In this document: positions 38,829 through 47,601 of the stretch, in pieces | Position numbering within the stretch: position 1 is the first letter of the stretch | Layout of the letters: the number at the start of each line of letters is the position of its first letter | Source: a virus | Lineage: Duplodnaviria > Caudoviricetes | Virus record (IMG/VR): IMGVR_UViG_3300046709_000146 | Location: 1-63,703 of that record | DNA length: 63,703 nt | Strand: one strand, 5' to 3' | Notes under the pieces: model-generated | What the model was told of the DNA's origin: nothing | The model's input: the letters and a program-made list of their open reading frames with translations, nothing else | Database searches by the model: none | Translations under genes and position numbers: made by a program

Positions 38829-39569
38829 CTAGCGGTCAGGCGCAGGTGCCTTGACGGCGACCCAGCCGGCGAAGTTGCACCAGCGCCAAAAGCAGTCGAC
38901 CTGCGAGAAGCCTGCGCGCTTGAGCATGGACTCATTCCACTCGGCCGTGATGGGCACGAGCACGCCCTCGAGCGCGAGACGCTTGCGCGCTATCTCCTCG
39001 GAGCTGTACCCGTGCGCGGCCTTGAGGCGCAGGTACTCGCGCACCATCGTGTCGTCGATGCCGCTCGACGCGCCGAGCACCTTCTCGACGAGCAGGAACG
39101 CGCCGCCTGGGAGCAGCGCGTCGTAGACCCGCTGCACGACCTGCTGGCGGTACTCGATGGGGATGAACTGCAGCGTCAGCACGCTGAGCACAAGGCTCGG
39201 CACGACGTTCGGGAAGTCGCGACGTAGGTCGGTCGGGAGCAGCAGAAGACGGGGCGCCTCGAGCCCCGAGAAGCGCGCGCGCGCCGCCTCGAGCATGGGC
39301 TCAGACACCTCGACGCCGACGAAGCTACGCGCCTCGGGTGCGCGCTCGACGAAGGGCGCGAGCGCCTCGCCGCGACTGCAGCCGAGGTCGACGACGTCCG
39401 AGCTCGGGCGCACGTACGTGAGGCCGAGCTCGGTGACCAGGCGCCGCATCTCGAGGTAGTCAGGAATCGAGCGCGCGAGCATGTCGTCAAAGCACTCCGT
39501 GACCGACGCGTCGAACGCCCAGCGCGCGCCCTCGTCGGGCAGGTGACCGAGGCTGCTATTGGGCTGCAT
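38829..39569 (-). CDS. cmoA: Carboxy-S-adenosylmethionine synthase (CmoA-like)
   Basis: WAFD..V..CFDDMLARSIPDY, DLGCSRG, LTLQFI, LLVEK, EIARKRLALEGV, AGF...NF. Confidence 0.88.
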   Translation of the reverse strand: MQPNSSLGHLPDEGARWAFDASVTECFDDMLARSIPDYLEMRRLVTELGLTYVRPSSDVVDLGCSRGEALAPFVERAPEARSFVGVEVSEPMLEAARARFSGLEAPRLLLLPTDLRRDFPNVVPSLVLSVLTLQFIPIEYRQQVVQRVYDALLPGGAFLLVEKVLGASSGIDDTMVREYLRLKAAHGYSSEEIARKRLALEGVLVPITAEWNESMLKRAGFSQVDCFWRWCNFAGWVAVKAPAPDR

Positions 39570-40806
39570 GCTCTGCTCCTTTGTGACGCAGCAGCACGCC
39601 GTCGCGAATGGCTGCTGCGATGTGGCTCATCATGACGGGAGGAACCGCGCGCCCGCAGCGCTCCCATTGCTGGCCGTAGTCTCCCGTCAGCACGAAGTCG
39701 TCGGGGAAGCTGCAGATACGGCGCAGTTCTGCGACTGAGAGTTTTCTGCACTGGGTCGGGTGCGAGATCGAAGCTTTGCTCGGGTCTCCTCCGAGCGCCG
39801 TCACCGTCTGCGCTGGCTTGTCAGGATGCGAGCGGACTAGCTGGAAATACTTCCCCGACTGTTCGCCCTCGGCGAGCTTCTCCCACTCTTTGCCAGTCGC
39901 GAACCTTGTCATCCATGAAGCGTCCTCAACGGGCCGTTGAACAAGTCCCGGCAGCGCATCGCGCAGTGTGTAGCGGTACGGCAACGGTTTCGGGAAGGTA
40001 GGGTCAAGTCCCAGGTCACTACGCACCCCGACGAAGATGAGCCGCTGCCGTGTCTGCGGAACACCGAGCCACTGCGCGTCGAGCAGCTGCGCCTGCACGC
40101 GATAGCCGCAACTCTTGAGCTCGGCGAGGATGAGCTTGAAGTAGCCCTTGGCGGTGCCCTTGATGAGGCCCGAGACGTTCTCGGCGACGAACGTCTTGGG
40201 CTGCACGCCGCGCACGAGCCTCGCGTACTCGAAGAACAGGTCGTCGGTGCGTTGCGCCTTGTCGCTGTACTTCTTGACCTGGCCCCAGCCGCCCTCGCGC
40301 TTGCCCACCGTCGAGAAGCTCGCGCACGGCGGGCTGCCGTCGAGTAGGTCGAGTTCGCCCGGCTGTAGCTTCATCGTGGCGAGAAAGTCCTCGGCCGTGA
40401 CCTGCCGGATGTCGCGCCCGTCGACGAACGTGTACGGCGCGGCGTTGGCCTTGTAGCTGTCGCGCGCCGCGTCGATGAACTCGTTTGCGTACAGAACGCG
40501 AAAGCCCGCCATGCGGTAGCCCGTGCTCGAGCCGCCGCAGCCCGAGAACGTGCTCGCGCAGGTCAGCCCGTTCCAGGGCAGCGCGCGCACCTCGTCCATC
40601 GTCGGCACGCGGTACGGTGGTTTGCGAGTGTCAGGCGCAGGCATTTCGGGGGGCTCCTCGGAAAGTCTGTAGTGGACTTGGAAGTGGTACCGATTGAGCC
40701 CACCTACGCCGACTGTGATCGCTGGACATGGCTTGTTCGTCACGTCGCCTGCGCCCCAGGCGCCGCTCGTGTCATGCACGACGCGCAGGAGAACCTCGTA
40801 CGTCAT
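39556..40806 (-). CDS. C5-cytosine DNA methyltransferase-fold enzyme, predicted carboxymethyltransferase
   Basis: FSGCGG (I), GSPPC (IV), ENV (VI), QTRQR (VIII); motif X reads GRAVPP rather than GNAVPP. Confidence 0.88.
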   Translation of the reverse strand: MTYEVLLRVVHDTSGAWGAGDVTNKPCPAITVGVGGLNRYHFQVHYRLSEEPPEMPAPDTRKPPYRVPTMDEVRALPWNGLTCASTFSGCGGSSTGYRMAGFRVLYANEFIDAARDSYKANAAPYTFVDGRDIRQVTAEDFLATMKLQPGELDLLDGSPPCASFSTVGKREGGWGQVKKYSDKAQRTDDLFFEYARLVRGVQPKTFVAENVSGLIKGTAKGYFKLILAELKSCGYRVQAQLLDAQWLGVPQTRQRLIFVGVRSDLGLDPTFPKPLPYRYTLRDALPGLVQRPVEDASWMTRFATGKEWEKLAEGEQSGKYFQLVRSHPDKPAQTVTALGGDPSKASISHPTQCRKLSVAELRRICSFPDDFVLTGDYGQQWERCGRAVPPVMMSHIAAAIRDGVLLRHKGAEHAAQ

Positions 40807-42176
40807 GCGGTGACCGTCCCTCCGAACGCTCGGCGAGCGGTCGCGTTGTAAAAGCGTATCGGCTCGGCAATGACGCGCGCGCACGCGTCGGCCATCCCGC
40901 TCGAGCCCTGGAAGGTGTCCTTGGTCCGCGCGATGACCCACGGCGGCACGACGCCGTGCGCGGCGCGCTTGAGCGCGGACTTGTGCCCCTGCGGCGGACA
41001 CTCTGCAGTCGACATCGACAGCACGCGCTCGACGAGCTCGCGCTCCATGAAGGGCAGCCGGCACTCGACGCCCGCCGCCATGAAGGCTTTGTTGCAGCGC
41101 ACGAAGTTGCCGCGCGCCATCTTGTCGAGCTGCTCGAGGCGTATCTGCCGCCAGTCCGCATCGGACTTTGCTGCGGCCAGGCGCATCGACCCGTAGCCCC
41201 CGAACAGCTCGTCCGACGCTTCGCCGCTCAGGCACACCTTGAAGCCGTCCGCTGCGATGCGGCGCGCAAGCGGCAGGCACAGCGCCGCGATCTCCGTCTG
41301 CGCCTTGCTCGGAATCTCGATGGCGAGCACGGCCGCTTCGAGGTCGGCCGAGGTCGGCGCCGACACCGGCACCTCGGTCAGCGGCACGCCGAGCTCGCTG
41401 CAGAGCTTGCGCGCTGCGTAGAGGTCGCCCGCGCGCTCGCTGAGCTTGGCGGTGTACGCGACGACGTCGGGGCGCACGCGCTGCGCCAGCGCCAGGATGA
41501 GGCTCGAGTCGAGCCCGCCCGAGATGAGCACGCACAGCGGGGCGTCGGCGACCAGACGCCGCGCTACGCCCTGCGAGAGCAGCGCGAGGACGTCGCCTAC
41601 GGGCCGCTGCTCGGCGGCTGGGTCGTAGTAGCGCCTGAGCTGTCCGGTGGTCAGGTCGAGGCACGTCGCGGGCGGCAGCGGCCTTGCGCCTGCGCCCCGC
41701 CCCGGCCCCCAGGCTTTGCGCTCACTCGCCCAGGCGTAGCCCGCGCCCTGGCGCAGCACGTAGAGCGGTATCTTGCCGTAGCGGTCGCGCGCCAAGAGGC
41801 GCACCGCGCCGTGCGACCACGCAAGCGCGAACATGCCCTCGAAGCGGGGCAGCGCTGCCTCGCCCCAGGTCGCGAGCGCAGCGGCGACGACCTCCGTGTC
41901 GCCTGTCGTGCGGAAGCTGCAGCCCAGCTGCTCGAGCTCACTGCGCAGCTGGGCGAAGTTCCAGAGCTCGCCGTTGTAGCTGAGCACGCCGCCCCCGTAG
42001 CGGAAGGGCTGGTCGCTCGCCGACGACAGGTCCAGCACGCTCAGGCGCACGTGCCCGTGCACGACGCCGTCATGCTCGCAGAGCCCGCGTGCGTCCGGCC
42101 CGCGATGCGCGATGCGCTCGAGCGCGCGCTCGACGTCGAAGCTCTGCAGCTGAAACTGACCGGCGACGCCGCACAT
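40803..42176 (-). CDS. Asparagine-synthetase-B-like glutamine amidotransferase
   Basis: MCG N-terminal Cys, HRGPD, YNGE, DTEV, ARDRYG, SGGLDSS, SGEASDELFGGY. Confidence 0.9.
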   Translation of the reverse strand: MCGVAGQFQLQSFDVERALERIAHRGPDARGLCEHDGVVHGHVRLSVLDLSSASDQPFRYGGGVLSYNGELWNFAQLRSELEQLGCSFRTTGDTEVVAAALATWGEAALPRFEGMFALAWSHGAVRLLARDRYGKIPLYVLRQGAGYAWASERKAWGPGRGAGARPLPPATCLDLTTGQLRRYYDPAAEQRPVGDVLALLSQGVARRLVADAPLCVLISGGLDSSLILALAQRVRPDVVAYTAKLSERAGDLYAARKLCSELGVPLTEVPVSAPTSADLEAAVLAIEIPSKAQTEIAALCLPLARRIAADGFKVCLSGEASDELFGGYGSMRLAAAKSDADWRQIRLEQLDKMARGNFVRCNKAFMAAGVECRLPFMERELVERVLSMSTAECPPQGHKSALKRAAHGVVPPWVIARTKDTFQGSSGMADACARVIAEPIRFYNATARRAFGGTVTA

Positions 42177-42178
42177 AC

Positions 42179-42733
42179 CTATCCCTTCGAGCTCTCGCTC
42201 CACTCGTAGCCGCACTTGGGGCACGTGCAGTTGGTCGCGAGGTTCTCGTCGTACTCGGGGAACTCCTCGGGCGGCGCGGGCGCCTCGAGCTTCTTGACCA
42301 GCTTGTCGAACTCGCCCTGGTCAAAGCCCGTCAGTAGTGCGTCGTACCCCTCGCTCGCAAGCCCCTGCAGCTCGACCGCGAGCAGCTCCTCGTCCCAGCC
42401 AGCATTGAGCGCGAGCTTGTTGTCGGCGATGACGTAGGCCCGCTTTTGCACCTCGCTCAGTCCACGCAGCTCAATGCACGGCACCTCCGCGAGCCCAAGC
42501 TGACGCGCCGCCAGCACGCGCCCATGCCCCGCGATGATGCCGCCGAGCTCGTCCGTCAGCACCGGGTTGGTGAACGAGAACTCCCTGATGCTCGCCGCGA
42601 TTTGCGCGATTTGCGCGTCGCTATGGGTCCGCGAATTTCTCGCGTACGGGATCAAGTCTGCTAGCGGTCTGTACACGACTGCGAGCTGCTCAGGTCCTGC
42701 TTGCTTGCGTGCTGCTGCCTCTGCCTTGCCCAT
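42179..42733 (-). CDS. ParB/Srx N-terminal-domain protein heading the modification cluster
   Basis: LIPYARNSRTH...IIAGHGR...IADNKL; C-terminal CPKCG. Confidence 0.85.
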   Translation of the reverse strand: MGKAEAAARKQAGPEQLAVVYRPLADLIPYARNSRTHSDAQIAQIAASIREFSFTNPVLTDELGGIIAGHGRVLAARQLGLAEVPCIELRGLSEVQKRAYVIADNKLALNAGWDEELLAVELQGLASEGYDALLTGFDQGEFDKLVKKLEAPAPPEEFPEYDENLATNCTCPKCGYEWSESSKG

Positions 42734-42748
42734 GCCCCATCGCCCCTT

Positions 42749-43009
42749 TCAGCCGCCCTCGATCCAGTCTGCAATCGCCACGTGCAGCGCGCCGATGAGC
42801 TCGTACACGCTCGTGCGCACGCCGCGCTGCATGCGGTAGCTCCTCGCGCACCGCACGCCGTGCTTGTCCCGCTCGAGCGCGACAACGACGACGCTGTCGC
42901 TCGCCGCCAGCGCCTCGGTGATGAACGCGTGCAGGTCGGCGCGCTCGCTCTCGCCCCAGGCCGGGAGCGGCTCGCCGTCGCTGTACAGGACGCGCAGGTT
43001 CTTGCGCAT
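42749..43009 (-). CDS. Hypothetical protein
   Basis: 86 aa from MRKNLRV. Confidence 0.5.
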   Translation of the reverse strand: MRKNLRVLYSDGEPLPAWGESERADLHAFITEALAASDSVVVVALERDKHGVRCARSYRMQRGVRTSVYELIGALHVAIADWIEGG

Positions 43010-44319
43010 CACTCGATGTGGTCGATGACGCGGTCGGTCCGAGCGCGCTGCCGGCGTCGCACGCGGTAGTGCTGCACGACCTGCCAGACGAGCAGCGCGA
43101 TGAGCAAGAGCGCGATGAGGAGCAGCAGGTAGTGCGTCGTGCTGAACGCCTGCTGCGTCGGCCCAAAGATGCTCGCCGGCTGCGCGTAGGCGGTCCACTC
43201 GGCCACCATGACCTTGCCGAAGTCGGTGAGGTTGTCCGGCTCGATCGACGCGGAGCTCGTGTCGAATACGTGGCAGAAGCTGGTGTTGCTGCACTTGGCG
43301 TTGGCCTGGTCGTTGTCCTCCCAGCTCCAGCTGAGCCAGCCGATGCCGTGCTTCTCGCTCACGTCGATGATGCGCTCGGGCGTGACGTTCGTCGGCGACG
43401 GCCCGATGCCGCGGCCGGGTCCGAACTCTCCGACGACAACAGTCAGGCCCGTGTCGCGTAGGCGGTCCATCGTGGGCACGAGGTCGAGCTGCCCGTTCCA
43501 CTGCGGCGGGACGCCGCCCTGCGAGTCGCAGACCATGCCGTAGATATGCCAGTCGAACAGCACGTTGCGCTCAGGGTCTGCATTGAACACCGCGCGTCCG
43601 TGGTCGACGATCGCCTGCGCGTTTTGGCCGCAGCCCGGCGCGTCGACCATGATGGCGCCGTGCCAGCCTGCATTGCGGATACGCGGAATGGCGGACACGT
43701 ACGCGTCGCGCCACTTGCCAGGGTCGTCGCCCCATTCGTTGGCGATGTTCAGAATCATGTAGCGCTCGAAGGCTTGGTACTTGCGCGCGTCGCGCACCCA
43801 GCGCGAGACCATCGTCTCGAACGTGCCGGGGTCGCTCTTGCAGGTCCCGTCCCAGAAGCCCGGCACCTGCACTGCGCGGCCGAACTCGGTCGTGCCGCCG
43901 ATGTTCGGACTCTGCATGTCCGCGATGGTGCGCTCCGGGTCGTCTGCAAAGTAGACGAGCCAGCGCGTCGTGTTGCTCGCGGTGTGCCCCAAGCCGGGGC
44001 CCCAGTTGTCCTGATGTGTCTTGTTGGTTCCGCGCATTCTGTGCTCGTGCCCGTTGGCGTCGAACAGATGCGAGCCGACCACGTAAAAGCCTTCGCCGCG
44101 AGAGGTCGGCGGGCGCGCGCCTCCGATGGGCGGCGGCCCTGCGTCGACGATGGGCGGCACGCCGCTGTCGACGACGGGCGGCACGCCTGCGTCAGGCGCA
44201 GCAGGCACGCCGCCGTCCGTGACGACGCAGGTCAGGGTCACGGTCTCCTGCGCCTGCGCATGCGCGAGCGTGGCGGTGAGCAGCACCAGCAATGCAGCGA
44301 GTAGAGGTTTCATTCGCAT
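43009..44319 (-). CDS. Secreted, C-terminally anchored GH5 glycoside hydrolase (beta-mannanase-like)
   Basis: Signal peptide; RGTN, NIANEW (acid/base), MVDAPG.GQ, HIY, VGEFG (nucleophile), GWLSWSW; C-terminal TM helix plus basic tail. Confidence 0.88.
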   Translation of the reverse strand: MRMKPLLAALLVLLTATLAHAQAQETVTLTCVVTDGGVPAAPDAGVPPVVDSGVPPIVDAGPPPIGGARPPTSRGEGFYVVGSHLFDANGHEHRMRGTNKTHQDNWGPGLGHTASNTTRWLVYFADDPERTIADMQSPNIGGTTEFGRAVQVPGFWDGTCKSDPGTFETMVSRWVRDARKYQAFERYMILNIANEWGDDPGKWRDAYVSAIPRIRNAGWHGAIMVDAPGCGQNAQAIVDHGRAVFNADPERNVLFDWHIYGMVCDSQGGVPPQWNGQLDLVPTMDRLRDTGLTVVVGEFGPGRGIGPSPTNVTPERIIDVSEKHGIGWLSWSWEDNDQANAKCSNTSFCHVFDTSSASIEPDNLTDFGKVMVAEWTAYAQPASIFGPTQQAFSTTHYLLLLIALLLIALLVWQVVQHYRVRRRQRARTDRVIDHIE

Positions 44320-44798
44320 GGGCCTTTCGAGCGCGAGTAACGATGCGGCCTCGGGCGATCGAGCAGGTTGCCGAGGGCCTTGAGGCAGTGCCTTTGCTCG
44401 TGCTCAGGCAAGCGCCGCACAGCGTCGCGCAGCGCCTCGGCGAACGGACGGCGCGGCGCGCGCTGCGCGAGCGCGCGCTCGACAGCGGGCGCGCACTGCG
44501 GGTTGACCTCGAGCTCGTCGAAGATGGGCATCGTCTGCCCGGCAGGCCCGATGCGGTCGGTCACGTACGGCACGAGGTCGATGGGCAAGGTCAGCGCCCA
44601 GGCCGGCACGTAGCTCCAGACGAGCCCGCCCTCGCCGCCGAGCACCCAGCAGTCCCACTGGTCATCGACGCGCAGGTTGTCGTCGACGACCAAGTTGCTG
44701 CCCTCGTAGATGAGCCCGTCCTCGTCGAGGTACGGGTAGCGCTCCTTGAACGCGTCGACGGTGGTCTGCTCTTCTGGCGTCAGGACGATGCGTTCCAC
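44310..44798 (-). CDS. Hypothetical protein
   Basis: 162 aa. Confidence 0.5.
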   Translation of the reverse strand: MERIVLTPEEQTTVDAFKERYPYLDEDGLIYEGSNLVVDDNLRVDDQWDCWVLGGEGGLVWSYVPAWALTLPIDLVPYVTDRIGPAGQTMPIFDELEVNPQCAPAVERALAQRAPRRPFAEALRDAVRRLPEHEQRHCLKALGNLLDRPRPHRYSRSKGPCE

Positions 44799-44811
44799 GA
44801 CGGGCCTCCGT

Positions 44812-47085
44812 TCACCACGCGGCAGCGCGTGCGTAGATGGGTGCGAGCTGCGGCGCGCCGACCTTGGTCAGGCCGCCTGCGCCCTTGCGATTGACGAGCG
44901 TCGCGGGCAGCGCGCCGCCGTTGGCGAGCACGTCCTGCTTGACGCTGATGAGGTAGTCGGTCTTGCCGGGTATCTCGACCAGGTCCTCGAGCGCCAAGAT
45001 GGCGTCGTGCGCGGCCTGCACTTCGGCGAGGCTCGGCACGCCGACGCCGCCCATGCAGCCGAGGATGCGGATGCCGGAGGCAGCCTGCGCGTTGAGCGGG
45101 TGGCGCCCCAGCGTGAACGGGTCTGCGGGCAGCGCAGGCGTGAAGCCTGTCATCGTGGCGCCCGCGCCAGACTCCGCGCGCTTGATGTACGCGTGAATCT
45201 TGCCAGCGCCGTCCCAGCTGACGATGAGCAGCATCAGCTTGCCGACGTCGGCTGCAGCCACGACGATGACGGGCCCGTTCGTCGGTGCGCCCGAGCCGCT
45301 GTAGAGCACGCTGCCGAGCGTGCTGTTGCTGCCCGCTGAGCTGAGCGACCAGCCGCGCCCTGCAGCGCCCGAGCCGATGAGCGTGCGCGTCTGCGACGGA
45401 ACAGACTGCGACTCGATGACGAACGGCACGCCAAACCAGCAGCCCGCCGCGTTGCCTGTCACTGCGTCTGTCGAGGCGTAGTGGTCTGCGTCGGTGAGCG
45501 CGTTGACGGCGTAGAGGATGGGCGTGGTCTCATAGCTCCACAGCCGCGTGGTTTGCTGCGCGAGAGTGAGGCCGCCTGCCCACGACGCAGGCCCGACGCG
45601 CGTCAGGTGGTCGGTCCCCACGCGGTCGAGCACGACAGCCGGCACTGCGTCGACGCCGCTGGCGAGGGTGTCGGTGGTCAGGTCCCACAGGTGCTCGGTC
45701 TTTCCGGGGATTGCGGTTAGGCGTCCGGTTGCATCAAACGTGTCGAATACTTGCTGTATCTCCGCAAGGGTCGGGTTCGTGTGTCCGCCCTGCACGGCGA
45801 AGGCTGCGCCCGACACGAAGGCGATACCATCGCTGCGCGATCCAACCTGCATGGCAACACCGCCAGGCACGCCAAAGACTGCGGCGACATCCGCGCCGAC
45901 CTGCGCACGTCGCATGTACAAACGAAGCTGCGTGCCGGTGAAGTGTAGACACGCCAGAAGGGGCTGCCCCAGATCTGCTGCTGTGATCGTGTACACGTTC
46001 GATATGTACGCGGTGCCGCCCGAGACGATGACGCAGCGAAGCGCGTTGCTAAACGTCTGCAGAGTCCAACCGTTGACGCCGCTCAGGTCGATGGCATGTA
46101 CGATCTGCTGCGTAATCACCGGCGGCACAACGTCCCAACGAGCCACAGCAAAGACGTGGAACCCGGCAGCGGCGCCTTGAATGCCGCGCCCCGGCGAAGT
46201 CTCAAGACGACTGCTCGCGCTAAACCCCATCGCCCCCAACAACCGCCGCCCGTCGGCAGACTGGTCAATCACCCGCACCACCGGCGAGCCCTGCCGCGCA
46301 AGCGCATCGACCGGCGCGCGCGTGACCGTGTCAGTCAGCTGCGCCGGTGCAGTCTGCCCGTCGACGACGACGGTGCCGCGCAGCTCGTCGCGCAGGCTCC
46401 AGCGGTGCGTGATGACTGCGCCGTCCATCGCGTCGGGGACGTCGCCTCGGGTGCGGATGGCGGCGACGAGCGCCTCGAGTTGAGCGCGTGTTGGCACACC
46501 GCGAAACGCAAGCAGCCCTAGACTGTCAACCGTCGACGCCGGATACCCGAGGCTGTCGTTGTTGCCCAAATACAGCGACATGCTGGCAGGGACGTATGCA
46601 GTCTGAGGAACAGACAGCCACACTCCGTTGCAGTACAGCTCGTGGACGCCCGGAACCGCCGTGATGCGCGACACGACGATCTGTATCCGTCCCACGTCCG
46701 ACGCAATGAACGACGCCGTCAATGCGTTAGGTCCAGCCCCGGTGCCATTGTGAGAGTTGAAAACGCCCCCTGCCGCGATGTAGTGCTGATACCCGGCAGT
46801 CGCGAGAAGCCGGCACATCAACACACCGAGAGCTGACGGAAGCTGGCGCAGACGAAAGACCTCGACAGTCCCAAACCCCGTCCCCGCCCCCGCCTCGCCA
46901 CCCCCCGCCGCAGTCTGCATGAAGTTGGCCGCGCTGAAGTTGGAGAGGCCGAGCAGCGCCTCCGCAACGCCGCCGCTGCCTGCCCCACCACCGCCCGTGC
47001 CGCCGCTACGTCCGCCAGGCGTGCGCCGCGCGAGCTCCGGGATGCGCCGGAAGCGTGCGCGCGTGCGAGTGCGCTGCATGCTCAC
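44812..47085 (-). CDS. Putative receptor-binding protein with three LamG/ConA-like repeats
   Basis: Three repeated beta-rich units (A.DxG; PT/S.A(Q/E)); downstream of baseplate genes. Confidence 0.65.
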   Translation of the reverse strand: MSMQRTRTRARFRRIPELARRTPGGRSGGTGGGGAGSGGVAEALLGLSNFSAANFMQTAAGGGEAGAGTGFGTVEVFRLRQLPSALGVLMCRLLATAGYQHYIAAGGVFNSHNGTGAGPNALTASFIASDVGRIQIVVSRITAVPGVHELYCNGVWLSVPQTAYVPASMSLYLGNNDSLGYPASTVDSLGLLAFRGVPTRAQLEALVAAIRTRGDVPDAMDGAVITHRWSLRDELRGTVVVDGQTAPAQLTDTVTRAPVDALARQGSPVVRVIDQSADGRRLLGAMGFSASSRLETSPGRGIQGAAAGFHVFAVARWDVVPPVITQQIVHAIDLSGVNGWTLQTFSNALRCVIVSGGTAYISNVYTITAADLGQPLLACLHFTGTQLRLYMRRAQVGADVAAVFGVPGGVAMQVGSRSDGIAFVSGAAFAVQGGHTNPTLAEIQQVFDTFDATGRLTAIPGKTEHLWDLTTDTLASGVDAVPAVVLDRVGTDHLTRVGPASWAGGLTLAQQTTRLWSYETTPILYAVNALTDADHYASTDAVTGNAAGCWFGVPFVIESQSVPSQTRTLIGSGAAGRGWSLSSAGSNSTLGSVLYSGSGAPTNGPVIVVAAADVGKLMLLIVSWDGAGKIHAYIKRAESGAGATMTGFTPALPADPFTLGRHPLNAQAASGIRILGCMGGVGVPSLAEVQAAHDAILALEDLVEIPGKTDYLISVKQDVLANGGALPATLVNRKGAGGLTKVGAPQLAPIYARAAAW

Positions 47086-47088
47086 GGC

Positions 47089-47499
47089 TCAGCTCTCCGC
47101 GAGGTGACAGCGCGCGACGCCCGCCACGCTGCCCGCGAGCGCGAACGTCGTCGCGTTCGGCGGAAACGGAATGTCCTGCCACTGGTCCTTGGCGATGCGC
47201 CCAGCGCCGTTCACAGCGGGCGTGAGCACAGCCGGGTCGCCCGCCACGGTCGCGAGCGCGGCCTTGTCGACGACGGCGAGCGTCGCGTCGAAGCTGATGG
47301 CGTAGAACACGTCGCCGCCCTCGGCCTGGATGCGCACGAACGCGCCCTTCCACTCGGCGGGCACGACGAAGGTCTTGCTGCCGGTCGCGACCGTGATGGG
47401 GTACAGCTCGCCGCGCACGGCGCCGCGCATGCACGCTGCAGCGTAGGGCGCTTGGTCCGGGCCGTACGAGTCCTGGCGCCGCTGCGCAGTCGTGGTCAT
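47089..47499 (-). CDS. Putative virion structural protein
   Basis: 136 aa beta-rich; upstream of the RBP gene. Confidence 0.5.
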   Translation of the reverse strand: MTTTAQRRQDSYGPDQAPYAAACMRGAVRGELYPITVATGSKTFVVPAEWKGAFVRIQAEGGDVFYAISFDATLAVVDKAALATVAGDPAVLTPAVNGAGRIAKDQWQDIPFPPNATTFALAGSVAGVARCHLAES

Positions 47500-47540
47500 G
47501 GGCCGCTCCTTCGCGCCGGAGCATGCCCAGTCACGCCCGA

Positions 47541-47565
47541 ATCAATCACAAAGGGCCGCCGCAGG
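47541..47565 (-). promoter_or_regulatory. Candidate late-promoter motif, copy 2
   Basis: atcaatcacaaagggccgccgcagg resembles 4677-4702. Confidence 0.45.
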
Positions 47566-47601
47566 TCCGCGTGTGACCTGCCTGCGCGCGAGCTCGCGGC
47601 T

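Noticed and set aside
38829-39569. CmoA as a tRNA cmo5U auxiliary gene
   Set aside because: No cmoB or tRNA genes seen; overlap with a GRAV-type DNA MTase points to DNA as the acceptor.
39556-40806. Restriction-modification system
   Set aside because: No adjacent restriction endonuclease.
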